This document shows positions 39,803 to 50,456 of a stretch of DNA of 64,000 nucleotides, piece by piece. This stretch comes from Sulfolobales archaeon (lineage in GTDB: Archaea; Thermoproteota; Thermoprotei_A; Sulfolobales; AG1). The DNA lies in NCBI GenBank assembly GCA_038867615.1, contig JAWBYA010000003.1, positions 160,001-224,000 on the forward strand, in the 5' to 3' direction. The position numbers were made by a program, and so were the translations under genes. A model generated the notes under the pieces. The model saw only the letters and a list, made by a program, of their open reading frames with translations, was not told the DNA's origin and did no database searches. Every line of letters starts with the position of its first letter. Positions within the stretch are counted from its first letter, which is position 1.

Positions 39803-41011
39803 TTGAGGGTAGGGATTATTGGTGGCGGTATTGTAGGGCTCTTCACATCATACTATCTCCTCAGGAGAGGTGTTAGTGTTACGATCATCGACATAGATCC
39901 TGTTGGTGGGAGAGCTTCTGAGAATAATGCAGGCTTTATCGTTTCAACAGCTTCTAAGCCCAGGTTATCGCTATCACTGCTAGCTAGAGCTGTGCTGGGT
40001 TTCCAAGCCCCGGTGAGGGTCTCTCTAGCCAGGCTTGTTAGGAGTGCTCAGTGGTTTTTGAAGGCTTCGAGATCCTATGGCTATGGTGATGATGTTATCG
40101 CCAAAATGGCTAGGAGGAGCCTGGATCTCTATTTAGAGTTTCTCTCAAATGAGAGTATAGATGTTGATCTCGTTAGAGGTGTTATCTCGGCTTTCAAGCG
40201 ATGGGAGGACGCTGTCGCCCTTGCTAAAAGTATTGGGGGTAGAGTACTTGATGAGAGGGATCTCAGGGATCATGGCTATATAGGGCTTGGCGGGGGTGTC
40301 TATGTAAAGGAGGATCTATCTATAAACCCCTTGAAACTCTATTGGGGTCTTAGGAAAAGGGTCGAGGATCTTGGTGCCAGAATTATTATCGATGAGGTTC
40401 GGAGAATCAGGGTTAGTGAAAAAGGGGTTGTTGTTATAGCGGGTAAGGGTTCCACAGAGCATGACTATATAGTTATATCAGCTGGGAGTAGGTGTGGTGA
40501 GATATGTAGAAGCATAGGTTATAATCCTATGGTGGAGCCTGCCAGAGGGGTTGCGATCCTCCATAGAACAAAAAGAGCCGGGCTTATATCATATCCAGCC
40601 CTTCTAGAGGACTATGGGGTTGCTGTAGCACAACACGGATCCGAGCTTCTGAGGCTAACAGGCTTCTTCGAGCTTATAGGTCATAGGGTTAAGGTCGATA
40701 GAAGGCTGACCGGATGGCTTATGGGTATTGCTAGAAACCATGTTAAGAACTACGGAGAGGCCGAGCCATATACTGTGAGAATGGGGTTTAGGCCCTGTTC
40801 AGCAGATCTTTTACCGGTGATCGGCAGGATCCCGGGTTATGAGAATATATACATAGCTACAGGTCTATGCAGGCTTGGCATTACCATGGCTCCTATAACA
40901 GGTAAGATCGTATCCTCAATGCTACTTGGTGAGAACCCACCTATAGATCAGAAGATCCTTAGCGCAATATCCCCGGCAAGGTTTAGTGGGAAAAAGGTTC
41001 GGGCTTTATAG
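39803..41011 (+). CDS. D-amino acid dehydrogenase-like FAD oxidoreductase
   Basis: IIGGGIVG, ASENNAG, GFRPCSADLLPVIG and GITMAPITG motifs. Confidence 0.88.
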   Translation: MRVGIIGGGIVGLFTSYYLLRRGVSVTIIDIDPVGGRASENNAGFIVSTASKPRLSLSLLARAVLGFQAPVRVSLARLVRSAQWFLKASRSYGYGDDVIAKMARRSLDLYLEFLSNESIDVDLVRGVISAFKRWEDAVALAKSIGGRVLDERDLRDHGYIGLGGGVYVKEDLSINPLKLYWGLRKRVEDLGARIIIDEVRRIRVSEKGVVVIAGKGSTEHDYIVISAGSRCGEICRSIGYNPMVEPARGVAILHRTKRAGLISYPALLEDYGVAVAQHGSELLRLTGFFELIGHRVKVDRRLTGWLMGIARNHVKNYGEAEPYTVRMGFRPCSADLLPVIGRIPGYENIYIATGLCRLGITMAPITGKIVSSMLLGENPPIDQKILSAISPARFSGKKVRAL

Positions 41012-41176
41012 ATTAGTAATGCTCTATATAGACCTTGATCTCGATGTTCACACCGGATCTTTGTTGATACTTGTTCTCTCTTACACTTCAGAATAAACCG
41101 TATGAGGGGTATATGTAGGAGTATTTTAAAGCCTATATGTGTAAGCAAGATATCCGGGCTCTTATTGAGGAGCATA

Positions 41177-41878
41177 TTGGTGAGGATCAAGAGCGGTAGG
41201 TCTGAAGGACTCCTGGGGCTCTATGGAAGAATAGCCGATGGATCTACGCCTGATGATACGATCAAAACATCGCTCACATTCGAGAGGGTCGATCCTGTGG
41301 TTAATTTCATATGGATAGACGACCCAGCCCCAGGGATACCTCTGAACTCGTTTGCAGCTATGTGGGAGGGATATATAGAGATCCCGAGAACAGGTAAATA
41401 CCTCTTCTTTCTAGAGGCTGATGATGGTGCTAGGCTCTATATGGATGGAAGTATTATAATAGATCTCTGGGGTAACAGGGATCCTAGGAGAGTCTTTTCA
41501 GACTGGCTAGAGCTTTCCGAAGGCCCCCATAAAGTTAGGATCGAGTATTATAACGAGGGATCTTTTGGCAAGATAGGGTTTGGCTGGAGCAGGGAAAAGG
41601 GCTACTATGAGATTATACCTTCTCGCTACCTCTACACACTGCCAAGCAGGTCTATCATAGTAACCGGGATACCTAAGACATATAAAGTGATCCTCATAGC
41701 AGAGGGTGAGACTAGAGAAGCGATCTTTAAAGGAGGGCTAGCCCTAATACCCCTAGGATCTAGGGAGAAGCCGATCGAGGGTATTATAAAGGTTTTCGAT
41801 GAGGATAACAATCCACTATATATAAGCCCATATATTGAGATACTGCCTGGAGATGTCTTCAGCCTCGAGATGGTGTAG
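41177..41878 (+). CDS. PA14-domain protein
   Basis: ERVDPVVNF.W, FAAMWEGYI, ADDGARLYMDG..IIDLW and HKVRIEYY motifs; start moved to the TTG after GAGGAG. Confidence 0.85.
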   Translation: MVRIKSGRSEGLLGLYGRIADGSTPDDTIKTSLTFERVDPVVNFIWIDDPAPGIPLNSFAAMWEGYIEIPRTGKYLFFLEADDGARLYMDGSIIIDLWGNRDPRRVFSDWLELSEGPHKVRIEYYNEGSFGKIGFGWSREKGYYEIIPSRYLYTLPSRSIIVTGIPKTYKVILIAEGETREAIFKGGLALIPLGSREKPIEGIIKVFDEDNNPLYISPYIEILPGDVFSLEMV

Positions 41879-41903
41879 CTCAGCTATGCCTAGTAATTGT
41901 ATG

Positions 41904-42794
41904 CTAGCTGATAGCCCATACGAGGAATGCCAGTGTTCCGAGGAGGAGGGATGCTTTAGAAACGCTTCTCGAGATCGATGCTCTCTTAATAGCTACACCT
42001 ATATCCCGCGAGGCTGGAATGCTTACCACCGATGCGAGGAATATGATTATAGATGTTATTGAGAGGGCTAGGTATCCAATAGACCACCTATAGATCAGTG
42101 GAAGAGCAACTATAGCTAGTAGAAACACCAGCAAGGCTGTGGTTATTAGGGATGCATAAATATATCCTCTTGTTACTGCAAGTGTCCTGACCCCCTGCTC
42201 TCTATCACCACTAATATCCTCTATACCCTTAACAATCTCCCTCGATAGGCTCATTATGAATGCGAAAAGCCAGGGGACGAGGGCTAGGCCTAGGGATTTG
42301 GAGTCTATGATACCCTTCACACTGGCATATGATATGCTTCCATAGAATATGGAGTTAGCGCTCAGCATAGATACAACTATGTTTCCAACAAGACCAAGTC
42401 TCTTTAATCTCCAGCTATAAAGATAGGTTAACAATGTATTGACAGCCACGAATAATCCAACAAGGATTCCGAGGAGCGGGAATGAGATAAGAACTCCTAG
42501 GACGAAGAGAGCGATAGATATGGTGAGAGCAGTCCTTGGGGTTATATCGCCCCTAACTAGCGGGCGCCAGGGTTTGCTCCTCCTATCGATCTCTATATCA
42601 TAGTAGTCATTCACAATATACCCACCAGCAGCAACCACGAGAGCTGGTATTGAGATCAGGAGAACCATATATAGATCCCGGGTTGCGCTTGGGTCCACCA
42701 CAGCAGCGCCTACAAGTACTCCAAGGAATGTTATGAAAACGTTATGGGGTCTTGAGAGCTTTATAATCGAGATCAGCGTTTTCAAGGCGGTCAA
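41904..42794 (-). CDS. digeranylgeranylglyceryl phosphate synthase (UbiA family)
   Basis: RPHN, NDYYDIEIDRRSKPWRPL and REIVKGIEDISGD motifs. Confidence 0.92.
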   Translation of the reverse strand: MTALKTLISIIKLSRPHNVFITFLGVLVGAAVVDPSATRDLYMVLLISIPALVVAAGGYIVNDYYDIEIDRRSKPWRPLVRGDITPRTALTISIALFVLGVLISFPLLGILVGLFVAVNTLLTYLYSWRLKRLGLVGNIVVSMLSANSIFYGSISYASVKGIIDSKSLGLALVPWLFAFIMSLSREIVKGIEDISGDREQGVRTLAVTRGYIYASLITTALLVFLLAIVALPLIYRWSIGYLALSITSIIIFLASVVSIPASRDIGVAIKRASISRSVSKASLLLGTLAFLVWAIS

Positions 42795-42876
42795 CAGCTC
42801 TCTCCACAGGTGTTGGGTGTTAATCTATAAAACTTTTCATACGAGGATACTTTTAACAATGTCCTGTCTATTAGCC

Positions 42877-43659
42877 TCATAGCCTTGGGCTCGGCTCTTC
42901 TGTGTAGTAGTCCTCACCCCCAGCAAGGATCCTCTGTATCGTAGCGTATAGGTTGTCGAAACCCCTCCAAGTCATCGCTGAAACTGGTATGGCATCTATG
43001 TTTTGGAGTGCCGTGTCTACTATGCTGAGCACTATCTCTTCCTCATAGCTTGATAATCCCTCCTTCCTAGCACCCTCGATCAGTAGGTAGGGATCTTCTA
43101 TCCATGAGAGAACGTTTGATAAGACATCATCGGGGTATAGATCTGTTTTGGTTAGCACGAGGATCTGTGGCTTCCTTATCCTAAGCCATGTTGATAGGAA
43201 GAGGAGAAGTGTTGATGCAAATGACGAGGCCCTGCTAGCCATAAACATATCCACTAGGAAGAGGACTAGCGAGCCTGAGCCCTCGCTCAGCTTATCAATT
43301 ATTAAGGGGCCTGCTGGTCTGAAAGCAAAGATCTCCATCTGGCCTGGCGTATCGATCAGATAGTAATTAGCCTTCCTCTCCTCAATCATATCCTTAATAG
43401 CATCTATATAGCTTATCGACATATCTATAGAGGCTATCAAAGCCCCGTTAGGCCCTAGGTTGTATTTATGCATAACATCCCTTGCATTAACAAACCTCCT
43501 CAGATCAATATCAGGCGTATATGGGAGACTCTCAGCAGCAGGATCCATGTTTACTATAGAGGCATCAAGCTGATTAGAGATCATCCACTCACCAAAACCA
43601 CTAGCCAGAGTAGTCTTACCAGAACCAGCCGGCCCCAGTATGAAAATGAAGTAAGGCAC
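42877..43659 (-). CDS. GPN-loop GTPase (PAB0955 family)
   Basis: GPAGSGKTT, NMDPA, LGPNG and DTPGQMEIF motifs. The ORF track starts at 43677. Confidence 0.93.
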   Translation of the reverse strand: MPYFIFILGPAGSGKTTLASGFGEWMISNQLDASIVNMDPAAESLPYTPDIDLRRFVNARDVMHKYNLGPNGALIASIDMSISYIDAIKDMIEERKANYYLIDTPGQMEIFAFRPAGPLIIDKLSEGSGSLVLFLVDMFMASRASSFASTLLLFLSTWLRIRKPQILVLTKTDLYPDDVLSNVLSWIEDPYLLIEGARKEGLSSYEEEIVLSIVDTALQNIDAIPVSAMTWRGFDNLYATIQRILAGGEDYYTEEPSPRL

Positions 43660-43797
43660 CCACCAGCCCCAAAACAATATACCGAGTGAGATTTAAAGCT
43701 ACAATCTATGTAGGGCTTTTGAGCCGTTATTTCTCTGATCATGTTGCACGGAGACGTGGTTTTTAGGTTGTAGAATGTAATAGAGTGATAGGGGCTT

Positions 43798-45069
43798 ATG
43801 GATCTATATATTCCTAGCTGGGCAGAGGTTATTGTTGAAGGTAGGGCTAGGATTATTGCTCCTAAGCGTGAGCTGTTCTTAAGAGAAGATGGGGTTTACG
43901 AGCCTTCCCATGCTCCTGTTTTCTATAATCCAGCTATGGTTTTTAACAGGGATCTTGTGGTGGCGCTTCTCAACATATACTCAAGAAGCCTGTCTAAGAT
44001 TAGCACCGCTTCGGATCCCATGACCGCAACGGGTGTTAGGGGTATTAGGATTGCTCTTGAGGTTGAAGGAGTCTCTGAGATTTTTCTAAACGATATAGAC
44101 TCCATTGCTTGCAGGGTTGCTAAGCTTAACGTGGTTATCAACTCGCTGGCGGGTGTTTCGAGGATATATTGCGAAGACTCTAACCAGCACATGATCTCGC
44201 TCTCAAAAGCCGGGATCCATGTTGACTTCCTAGACATAGATCCCTATGGATCGCCCTCGCCTTTTATAGAGAGCGCTGTAAGGCTCCCAAAGATAGGTGG
44301 TTTGCTTGCAATGACAGCAACAGATCTAGGCCCCCTTGCTGGAAGATACCCGGCTAAGGTTTATAGAAGATACCATGCAACAACAACCCGGGATTTGGAT
44401 TTCGGTAAAGAGGCCGGGTTGAGGATCCTTATCGCCCACTCCATTATAAAGGCGTCCGAGCGTGATATAGCTCTAAAACCTATTATGGCTTATTACGCGG
44501 ATCACTATTATAGGGCTTATTTCTCGGTAGATAGGGGTGCTTCTAAGGCAGATGCTCTGTTAAAAGGGCTAGGCTATATAGCGGTATGCAAGGGCTGTGG
44601 CTATAGATCCGTGGTCACAGAGGTAGAGGATCTAAGGTGCCCCGCATGTGGCTTGAGAACGATTATCCTAGGCCCTTTATGGCTTGGGTCGCTTGCTGAT
44701 AGAGAGATCCTAGCCGGACTCTCAAGAGCCGAGGAAGACTTCCCATGGCTCCAGACTAGAGAGAGGATCTCCAGCCTTGCCAAAATACTCTTAGTAGAAG
44801 AGGATGTTGGTAAGCCTTACTACTATAGAGTTGATTCCATAGCCAGGGTTGTTAAGTCCAACATGCCGCCCATCGGTGAATTGATCGAGTGTCTTAGATC
44901 TATGGGTTACAGGGTCTCCAGAACACATTTCGATAGAATTGGTGTAAGGACAGATGCTGGTTTCAAGGATATAGTCTTATGTATAAGAAGCAGGGGGGTT
45001 GTGAGTAAACAGGGTCTCGAAGCTAGCTCTTCAGGATCTCCTGTAGGCTCTTCTCATAGGGGGGTCTAG
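43798..45069 (+). CDS. trm1: tRNA (guanine-26-N2)-dimethyltransferase
   Basis: PVFYNPAMVFNRD, TGVRGIR, DIDPYGSPSPF, a Zn ribbon, GPLWLG and SRTHF motifs. Confidence 0.95.
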   Translation: MDLYIPSWAEVIVEGRARIIAPKRELFLREDGVYEPSHAPVFYNPAMVFNRDLVVALLNIYSRSLSKISTASDPMTATGVRGIRIALEVEGVSEIFLNDIDSIACRVAKLNVVINSLAGVSRIYCEDSNQHMISLSKAGIHVDFLDIDPYGSPSPFIESAVRLPKIGGLLAMTATDLGPLAGRYPAKVYRRYHATTTRDLDFGKEAGLRILIAHSIIKASERDIALKPIMAYYADHYYRAYFSVDRGASKADALLKGLGYIAVCKGCGYRSVVTEVEDLRCPACGLRTIILGPLWLGSLADREILAGLSRAEEDFPWLQTRERISSLAKILLVEEDVGKPYYYRVDSIARVVKSNMPPIGELIECLRSMGYRVSRTHFDRIGVRTDAGFKDIVLCIRSRGVVSKQGLEASSSGSPVGSSHRGV

Positions 45070-46069
45070 CAATCCCCTTCTCAGTTATTATAGCGCTAAC
45101 AAGATCTGGCGGGGTTATGTCGAACGCTGGGTTTATCGCCTCTGCATCCTGTCTTGTTATGAGGAGCCTTCCAAGTATGTTTTTAACCTCCTCAGGGTTT
45201 CTCTCCTCTATAACTAGATCCTCAGCCCTTGTCTCAGGATCTATTGTCGATGTTGGTGCTGCAACATAGAACGGGATTCCGTGTCTCTTTGCTGCTAGGG
45301 CTATCATGTATGTTCCTATCTTGTTAGCAACATGCCCTGTCCTTAAAATCCTGTCGGCACCAACGATCACCTTGGAGACCATGCCTCTATACATTAGATA
45401 ACCCACAGCATTATCTGTGACCAGTTTAACAGGGATCCCGTCCCTCATAAGCTCCCACACTGTTAGCCTTGCACCCTGGAGCAGGGGTCTTGTTTCGGTA
45501 GCTATGACCCTGATCCTCTTACCCTGCATCCATGCGTATCTAATAACACCGAGGGCTGTTCCAAAGCCCGATGTTGCTAGAGATCCAGTGTTACAGTGTG
45601 TTAGTATAACGTCGCCATCCTCTATCAATTCCTGCCCGTGTTTTCCTATCATCATGTTGGCCTCGAGATCCTCTTTCTGTATCTTTAAAGCCTCCTGGAT
45701 AACGAAAGACCTGATCTCCTCTACAGAGGCTCCTCTACCTATAAGTCCGTAGACGCCGTTCATGATCCTCTTGAGAGCCCAGAATAGGTTGACAGCTGTA
45801 GGCCTTGTTCTTGAGAGTCTCTGTGATGCTGCCTCAAGACTTCTTAAAAGATCATCTCTGGAGCCTGTGCTCTTACTAGCAACAACAGCTAGTGCTAGGG
45901 CAGCAGCAACCCCGATGGCAGGTGCTCCTCTTATCTCAAGCCTCTCAATAGCCCTGGCTATTCTCTCGATATCGTCTGAAGAGACCCATACCTCCTCGTA
46001 TGGGAGTCTGGTGACATCGAGCCATACGAGCTTTCCGTCCTCGAATTTAACTGGCATTAGTATATCCAT
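45023..46069 (-). CDS. mtnA: methylthioribose-1-phosphate isomerase (eIF2B-like family)
   Basis: IRGAPAIG, RPTAVNLFWA, THCNTGSLAT, ETRPLLQGARLT and NPAFDITP motifs. Confidence 0.92.
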   Translation of the reverse strand: MDILMPVKFEDGKLVWLDVTRLPYEEVWVSSDDIERIARAIERLEIRGAPAIGVAAALALAVVASKSTGSRDDLLRSLEAASQRLSRTRPTAVNLFWALKRIMNGVYGLIGRGASVEEIRSFVIQEALKIQKEDLEANMMIGKHGQELIEDGDVILTHCNTGSLATSGFGTALGVIRYAWMQGKRIRVIATETRPLLQGARLTVWELMRDGIPVKLVTDNAVGYLMYRGMVSKVIVGADRILRTGHVANKIGTYMIALAAKRHGIPFYVAAPTSTIDPETRAEDLVIEERNPEEVKNILGRLLITRQDAEAINPAFDITPPDLVSAIITEKGIARPPYEKSLQEILKS

Positions 46070-46145
46070 ATTAATCACTACGTAGAAGTACACCCATCGC
46101 GGTATATAGGTTCTACAATATGGGTTAATACTAGTGTTTCTGTAT

Positions 46146-46922
46146 CTATTCTAGAGCCTCTATAGAATATCTTCCAACGATCTTTAGGGTTGTTGTGTAT
46201 CTCTTCATCCTCTCTATAGCTGTCCCGCATTGTGAGCATTCAAGCTCTGTTAGGAAGAAGTATTGCCATGGTGATAGCCTGGTTGGTCTTGAGTATATAA
46301 AGCTCATATTAATCGACTCCTCGGCTATTGGTGCTAAAGCTCTATATAATGCTCCCGGCTTGTTTGGGACTGTGAATATTATTGCTGTGTGGGTATAGCT
46401 ACTCCCAGCACTGCTATAATCGCGGGAGACTATGGCAAACCTAGTTCTGCTCTCGCTATCCTCGACGCCACATATCTTCTCAGATATATCCTCCAAGGCT
46501 TTTGGAGACGCTATTACACCGCAGTCTGTACATCCCCTCTTAAATACCTCAACGGCCTCGGAGGTGCTTCTGGTATATATTACTTGGGCACCCAGTTCGG
46601 AGATCTTATTCCTAGCCTGGCCAGCCGCGTGGGGGTGTGTATAGATAACCCTAGGCTTTCCCCTAACAGCTAGGCATAATGTGATCTTCATCTCAACGAC
46701 CCTGATAATCACGGGGCTTTTCATGGCGAGATTATCTATAACCTCGCCGACAGGACCCTCAAGGCTATTTATATATGGTACAACGCCGAGCCCTATCTCG
46801 CCACCTTCGAGGGCGTCGAATATCTTTGAAACACTATCCATTGCAACGAGATCCTTGCCAATAGCTCTTAAAGCAGCCTCCCATGTGAAGGACTTCTCAG
46901 GGCCTAGGAAACCCACCCGCAT
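46146..46922 (-). CDS. pheA: prephenate dehydratase with ACT domain
   Basis: FLGPEKSFT, NSLEGPV, HPHA, TRF, NKPGAL and SRP motifs; start moved to ATG 46922. Confidence 0.9.
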   Translation of the reverse strand: MRVGFLGPEKSFTWEAALRAIGKDLVAMDSVSKIFDALEGGEIGLGVVPYINSLEGPVGEVIDNLAMKSPVIIRVVEMKITLCLAVRGKPRVIYTHPHAAGQARNKISELGAQVIYTRSTSEAVEVFKRGCTDCGVIASPKALEDISEKICGVEDSESRTRFAIVSRDYSSAGSSYTHTAIIFTVPNKPGALYRALAPIAEESINMSFIYSRPTRLSPWQYFFLTELECSQCGTAIERMKRYTTTLKIVGRYSIEALE

Positions 46923-47012
46923 TGCGAAAACCAAGATTATATCATTGTGTGATAAAAATATAGCGGTATAATAAATATTAAGGTCTTGGGGTAATTCTTC
47001 GTTGAGAAGCAC

Positions 47013-47444
47013 ATGGATAGGGGGATGGATAGACTAATAATAAGCCTGGTGCTACCACCAATCATAGGCCTTATAGCAGCAATAGCATCTATGCTTGAGC
47101 AGCCAGGTGAGAGTGGTGTATGTGATATTAACAGCTTTATCTCGTGTTCCCAGGTGATATATTCTAGATACTCATCATTCATGGGGATAAGCCTATCAAT
47201 ATGGGCGGCACTTTATTTCACAACAGCGATTCTAACAGCAACAGCCTATCTAGTAGTCAAGAAACAAGCGGCTATGAAGATATACTGGGGCATCTCGATC
47301 GCAGCACTACCAATAATAGCGATCCTGATCTACATAGAGATCCTAGTTATAAAAGCGCTATGCATATACTGCACAGTGATGCACATATCTATAATAACCA
47401 TGAGCGTGGTATCCACCACACATATAACGAGGCTAGGTCAATAA
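47013..47444 (+). CDS. vitamin K epoxide reductase (VKOR) family protein
   Basis: CDINSFISCSQV..SRYS loop and the CIYC redox motif. Confidence 0.92.
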   Translation: MDRGMDRLIISLVLPPIIGLIAAIASMLEQPGESGVCDINSFISCSQVIYSRYSSFMGISLSIWAALYFTTAILTATAYLVVKKQAAMKIYWGISIAALPIIAILIYIEILVIKALCIYCTVMHISIITMSVVSTTHITRLGQ

Positions 47445-47482
47445 TAAACCTCTATAAGCCCGAAATACTATTATTTCTATGG

Positions 47483-47570
47483 GCGGGGGTGCCCGAGCCA
47501 GGTCAAAGGGGTCGGGCTGAGGACCCGATGGCGTAGGCCTGCGTGGGTTCAAATCCCACCCCCCGCACCA
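47483..47570 (+). tRNA. tRNA-Leu(GAG), CCA encoded
   Basis: GCGGGGG acceptor, anticodon arm TCGGG-CT-GAG-GA-CCCGA and a long variable arm. Confidence 0.97.
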
Positions 47571-47765
47571 ATATGTCGAAAGAATAAAAGATCCTTAGGA
47601 TCTTCGATCTTATTTATATGTTATCTATAAACATGCCTTGTATCTACCAGCAGTAGTTGAGAAGCTACTTATATAAATGCTCTAACGCTATATCGATATT
47701 TATATAATACTCTAGTTCCAGACAAATATATAGCCATTAACTAGATAAATACTTGAGGGTTTTCC

Positions 47766-49523
47766 ATGGTATCGTCGAGGAAATTAGTTGGTATCGTAAT
47801 AGCTATAATAGTTATAATCGGGGCTGTAGTATTCATAACAACCTATAGAGGAGCGCCCCAAGAAGTGCCGAAGATAACAAGCCCGGCAAGCCCTACAGCA
47901 ACCATAACAACACCGCGACCAACAACACCCACGACACCTACACAGCCTATAGTACCAACAACTCCTCCTACAACTACTAAGGATGAGCTTAAGGTTGCGA
48001 TAGGCACTGATCTCGACACACTGGATCCCCATGATCAGACAACAAACCTCGTTGAAAATGTGATCATGCATACGTGTGAGAGGCTGTTCGATCGCGATGA
48101 AAAAGGCAATCTAATACCGATGCTCGCTACAAAGCTTGAAGTGTCTAGCGATGGTCTAGTATACACCATATATCTTAGACAAGGGGTTAAGTTCCACAAC
48201 GGCGAGGTACTTACAGCAGATACTGTGAAGCTCAACTTCGACAGGATCTTTAACGCGACGGCTAAGAAAAGGCTTTCCACATATCTTCCAAATGTTAAAT
48301 CATATAGGGCTGTTAATGAGAGTGTGTTTGAGATCGTATTATCTAAACCATTCTCTCCATTCTCAATGTCTCTCTCGCTGGTATACATAGTAGCAAAGGA
48401 GGCTATAATCAAGTATGGCGATGCTCTCCCAAGAGAGCCAAAGGCCCTTATATGCACAGGCCCGTTCAAGATGGTTGAGTGGGTCAAGGGGACGAGGGTG
48501 GTGCTTGAGAGATTCGATGGATACTGGGGAGGTACAGTGCCTCTGAAGAGAATTGTGTTCTATATAGTGCCTGAAGATGCTACGAGGGAGGCTATGTTAC
48601 TGGCAGGAGATGTAGATCTCATATTCTGGCCCTCACTAGCTTCTCTCCAGAGGCTTAGCCAAACCCCGGGGATCAAGGTTGTCCAGTATCCGACATACAG
48701 GTATGTTATGCTTCACTTTAACTTCGACTACCCAGCATTCCAGGATAAGAGGGTTAGGCTAGCCTTTAATTACGCTCTGGATAAGGAGACAATAGTGTCT
48801 AAGATATTCTATGGAACTGCGACAATAGTTAAGTCGCCATGGCAGATAGGCATGTTTGGATATAGTGATATTGGTTACTATAAATACGATCCTGAAAAGG
48901 CTAAACAACTACTCACCGAGGCTGGCTTTAAGGCAGGCCCTGATGGCGTGCTTACCCACCCACAGTATGGGAAGCTAAGCATCAAGATGGTTCATATGAA
49001 GGGTAGGTTCCCAGGAGATGTTGAGCTCGCACAGGCTGTCCAGGGGTATTTGAGAAACATAGGTGTGGAGGTCGAGCTTGTGACTGGCGATTGGCCGTGG
49101 TATATAAACACAATATATCTCTCTCCAACAGATAAGGCTAAGAACGGGTACTGGTTATTCCAGAGAAGCTGGGGCCCCAATATCCCAGACCCCTATTACA
49201 CGGTATTCTTCCTATACAGCTGCAATATGTGGGTAGGCCCTTCCAACATGACCCACAAGGGTATAAACCTGACAACAGCTGGAAGAAACATAGGGTATTA
49301 CTGTAACCCCGAGTTCGATAAGATCCTCGATCAGTATATAGTCGAGACGAACGAGGCTAAGAGATTGGAGCTGGCAGCGGCTATGGCAAAGATCCTTTGG
49401 GACGATGCTCCAGCAGTATTCCTGTTCCAGTTGAACATATTCGTTGCTGCTAAGTCAAACCTCGAAGGCCTGGTCTTCGTCCCTGGAGAACAGATCTATC
49501 TTGGTAAGGCGTATTTCAAGTGA
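47766..49523 (+). CDS. dppA: peptide ABC transporter substrate-binding protein (family 5)
   Basis: N-terminal TM plus Pro/Thr linker; TLDPH, LRQGVKFHNG, TGPFK and DKRVRLA motifs. Confidence 0.93.
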   Translation: MVSSRKLVGIVIAIIVIIGAVVFITTYRGAPQEVPKITSPASPTATITTPRPTTPTTPTQPIVPTTPPTTTKDELKVAIGTDLDTLDPHDQTTNLVENVIMHTCERLFDRDEKGNLIPMLATKLEVSSDGLVYTIYLRQGVKFHNGEVLTADTVKLNFDRIFNATAKKRLSTYLPNVKSYRAVNESVFEIVLSKPFSPFSMSLSLVYIVAKEAIIKYGDALPREPKALICTGPFKMVEWVKGTRVVLERFDGYWGGTVPLKRIVFYIVPEDATREAMLLAGDVDLIFWPSLASLQRLSQTPGIKVVQYPTYRYVMLHFNFDYPAFQDKRVRLAFNYALDKETIVSKIFYGTATIVKSPWQIGMFGYSDIGYYKYDPEKAKQLLTEAGFKAGPDGVLTHPQYGKLSIKMVHMKGRFPGDVELAQAVQGYLRNIGVEVELVTGDWPWYINTIYLSPTDKAKNGYWLFQRSWGPNIPDPYYTVFFLYSCNMWVGPSNMTHKGINLTTAGRNIGYYCNPEFDKILDQYIVETNEAKRLELAAAMAKILWDDAPAVFLFQLNIFVAAKSNLEGLVFVPGEQIYLGKAYFK

Positions 49524-49529
49524 TCCTAA

Positions 49530-50456
49530 ATGGGGAGTCTTATAGCATATATAGTGAAGAGAGTTTTACTGGTATTGCCGACATTGATAGGCGTAATAAC
49601 AATGATCTTTTTTCTCGTAAGGATCCTTCCAGGGGATCCTACACACTTACTTGCTGGAGAGCAGGCCAGCCCTGAGATTATAGAGAGACTTAGAGCAGAG
49701 TTTGGCCTTGATAGGCCTATATATGAGCAATACGTATTATACCTCAAATCAGTACTAACCCTGGATTTCGGAACATCGTATAGAACATACACGCCAGTGG
49801 TTGTAGAGATAATGAGCAGATTTCCAAACACAGTGATTCTAGCCTTGTCAGCTATGCTTATAGCTATCTTTGTGGGGATAGCCCTGGGCATTGTTTCAGC
49901 ACTAAGGGTTGGTAGTGTTATAGACAGGGCTGTTATTATCTTCACCAGCATATATGTATCTATGCCCGTCTTCTGGCTTGGGTTGCTACTGATATATTTC
50001 TTCGCAGTGCAGCTCAAGATCCTGCCGGCAGGTGGTATAGGCTCTCCGGCTCATGTTGTTTTGCCTTCTCTAGCGCTTAGCCACACGCCTCTCTCATATA
50101 TCGCGAGGATCACTAGGGAATCGATCTTAGAAACCCTATCACAAGAGCATGTAAGGTTAGCAGTAGCGCGGGGTCTGCCCCTTCGATCGATACTTATTAA
50201 CCATGTCATAAGGAACTCGTTGATAAACGTTGTTACAGTGATAGGTTACTTTACAGGCGTTCTACTAGGTGGGGCTGTTGTTACCGAGACCGTCTTCGCA
50301 TGGCCAGGTATTGGGAGGCTTTTAATAGAATCAATAGCTGCTAGGGACTATATAATGATCCAGGGTATAGTTATATTTATCGCGATGATCTTCATATTTG
50401 TTAACCTTATCGTCGATATAACATACAGGATCATAGACCCGAGGGTAAGGCTATGA
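49530..50456 (+). CDS. dppB: peptide ABC permease
   Basis: PGDP, GLDRP, ETVFAWPGIG and DPRVR motifs. Confidence 0.93.
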   Translation: MGSLIAYIVKRVLLVLPTLIGVITMIFFLVRILPGDPTHLLAGEQASPEIIERLRAEFGLDRPIYEQYVLYLKSVLTLDFGTSYRTYTPVVVEIMSRFPNTVILALSAMLIAIFVGIALGIVSALRVGSVIDRAVIIFTSIYVSMPVFWLGLLLIYFFAVQLKILPAGGIGSPAHVVLPSLALSHTPLSYIARITRESILETLSQEHVRLAVARGLPLRSILINHVIRNSLINVVTVIGYFTGVLLGGAVVTETVFAWPGIGRLLIESIAARDYIMIQGIVIFIAMIFIFVNLIVDITYRIIDPRVRL

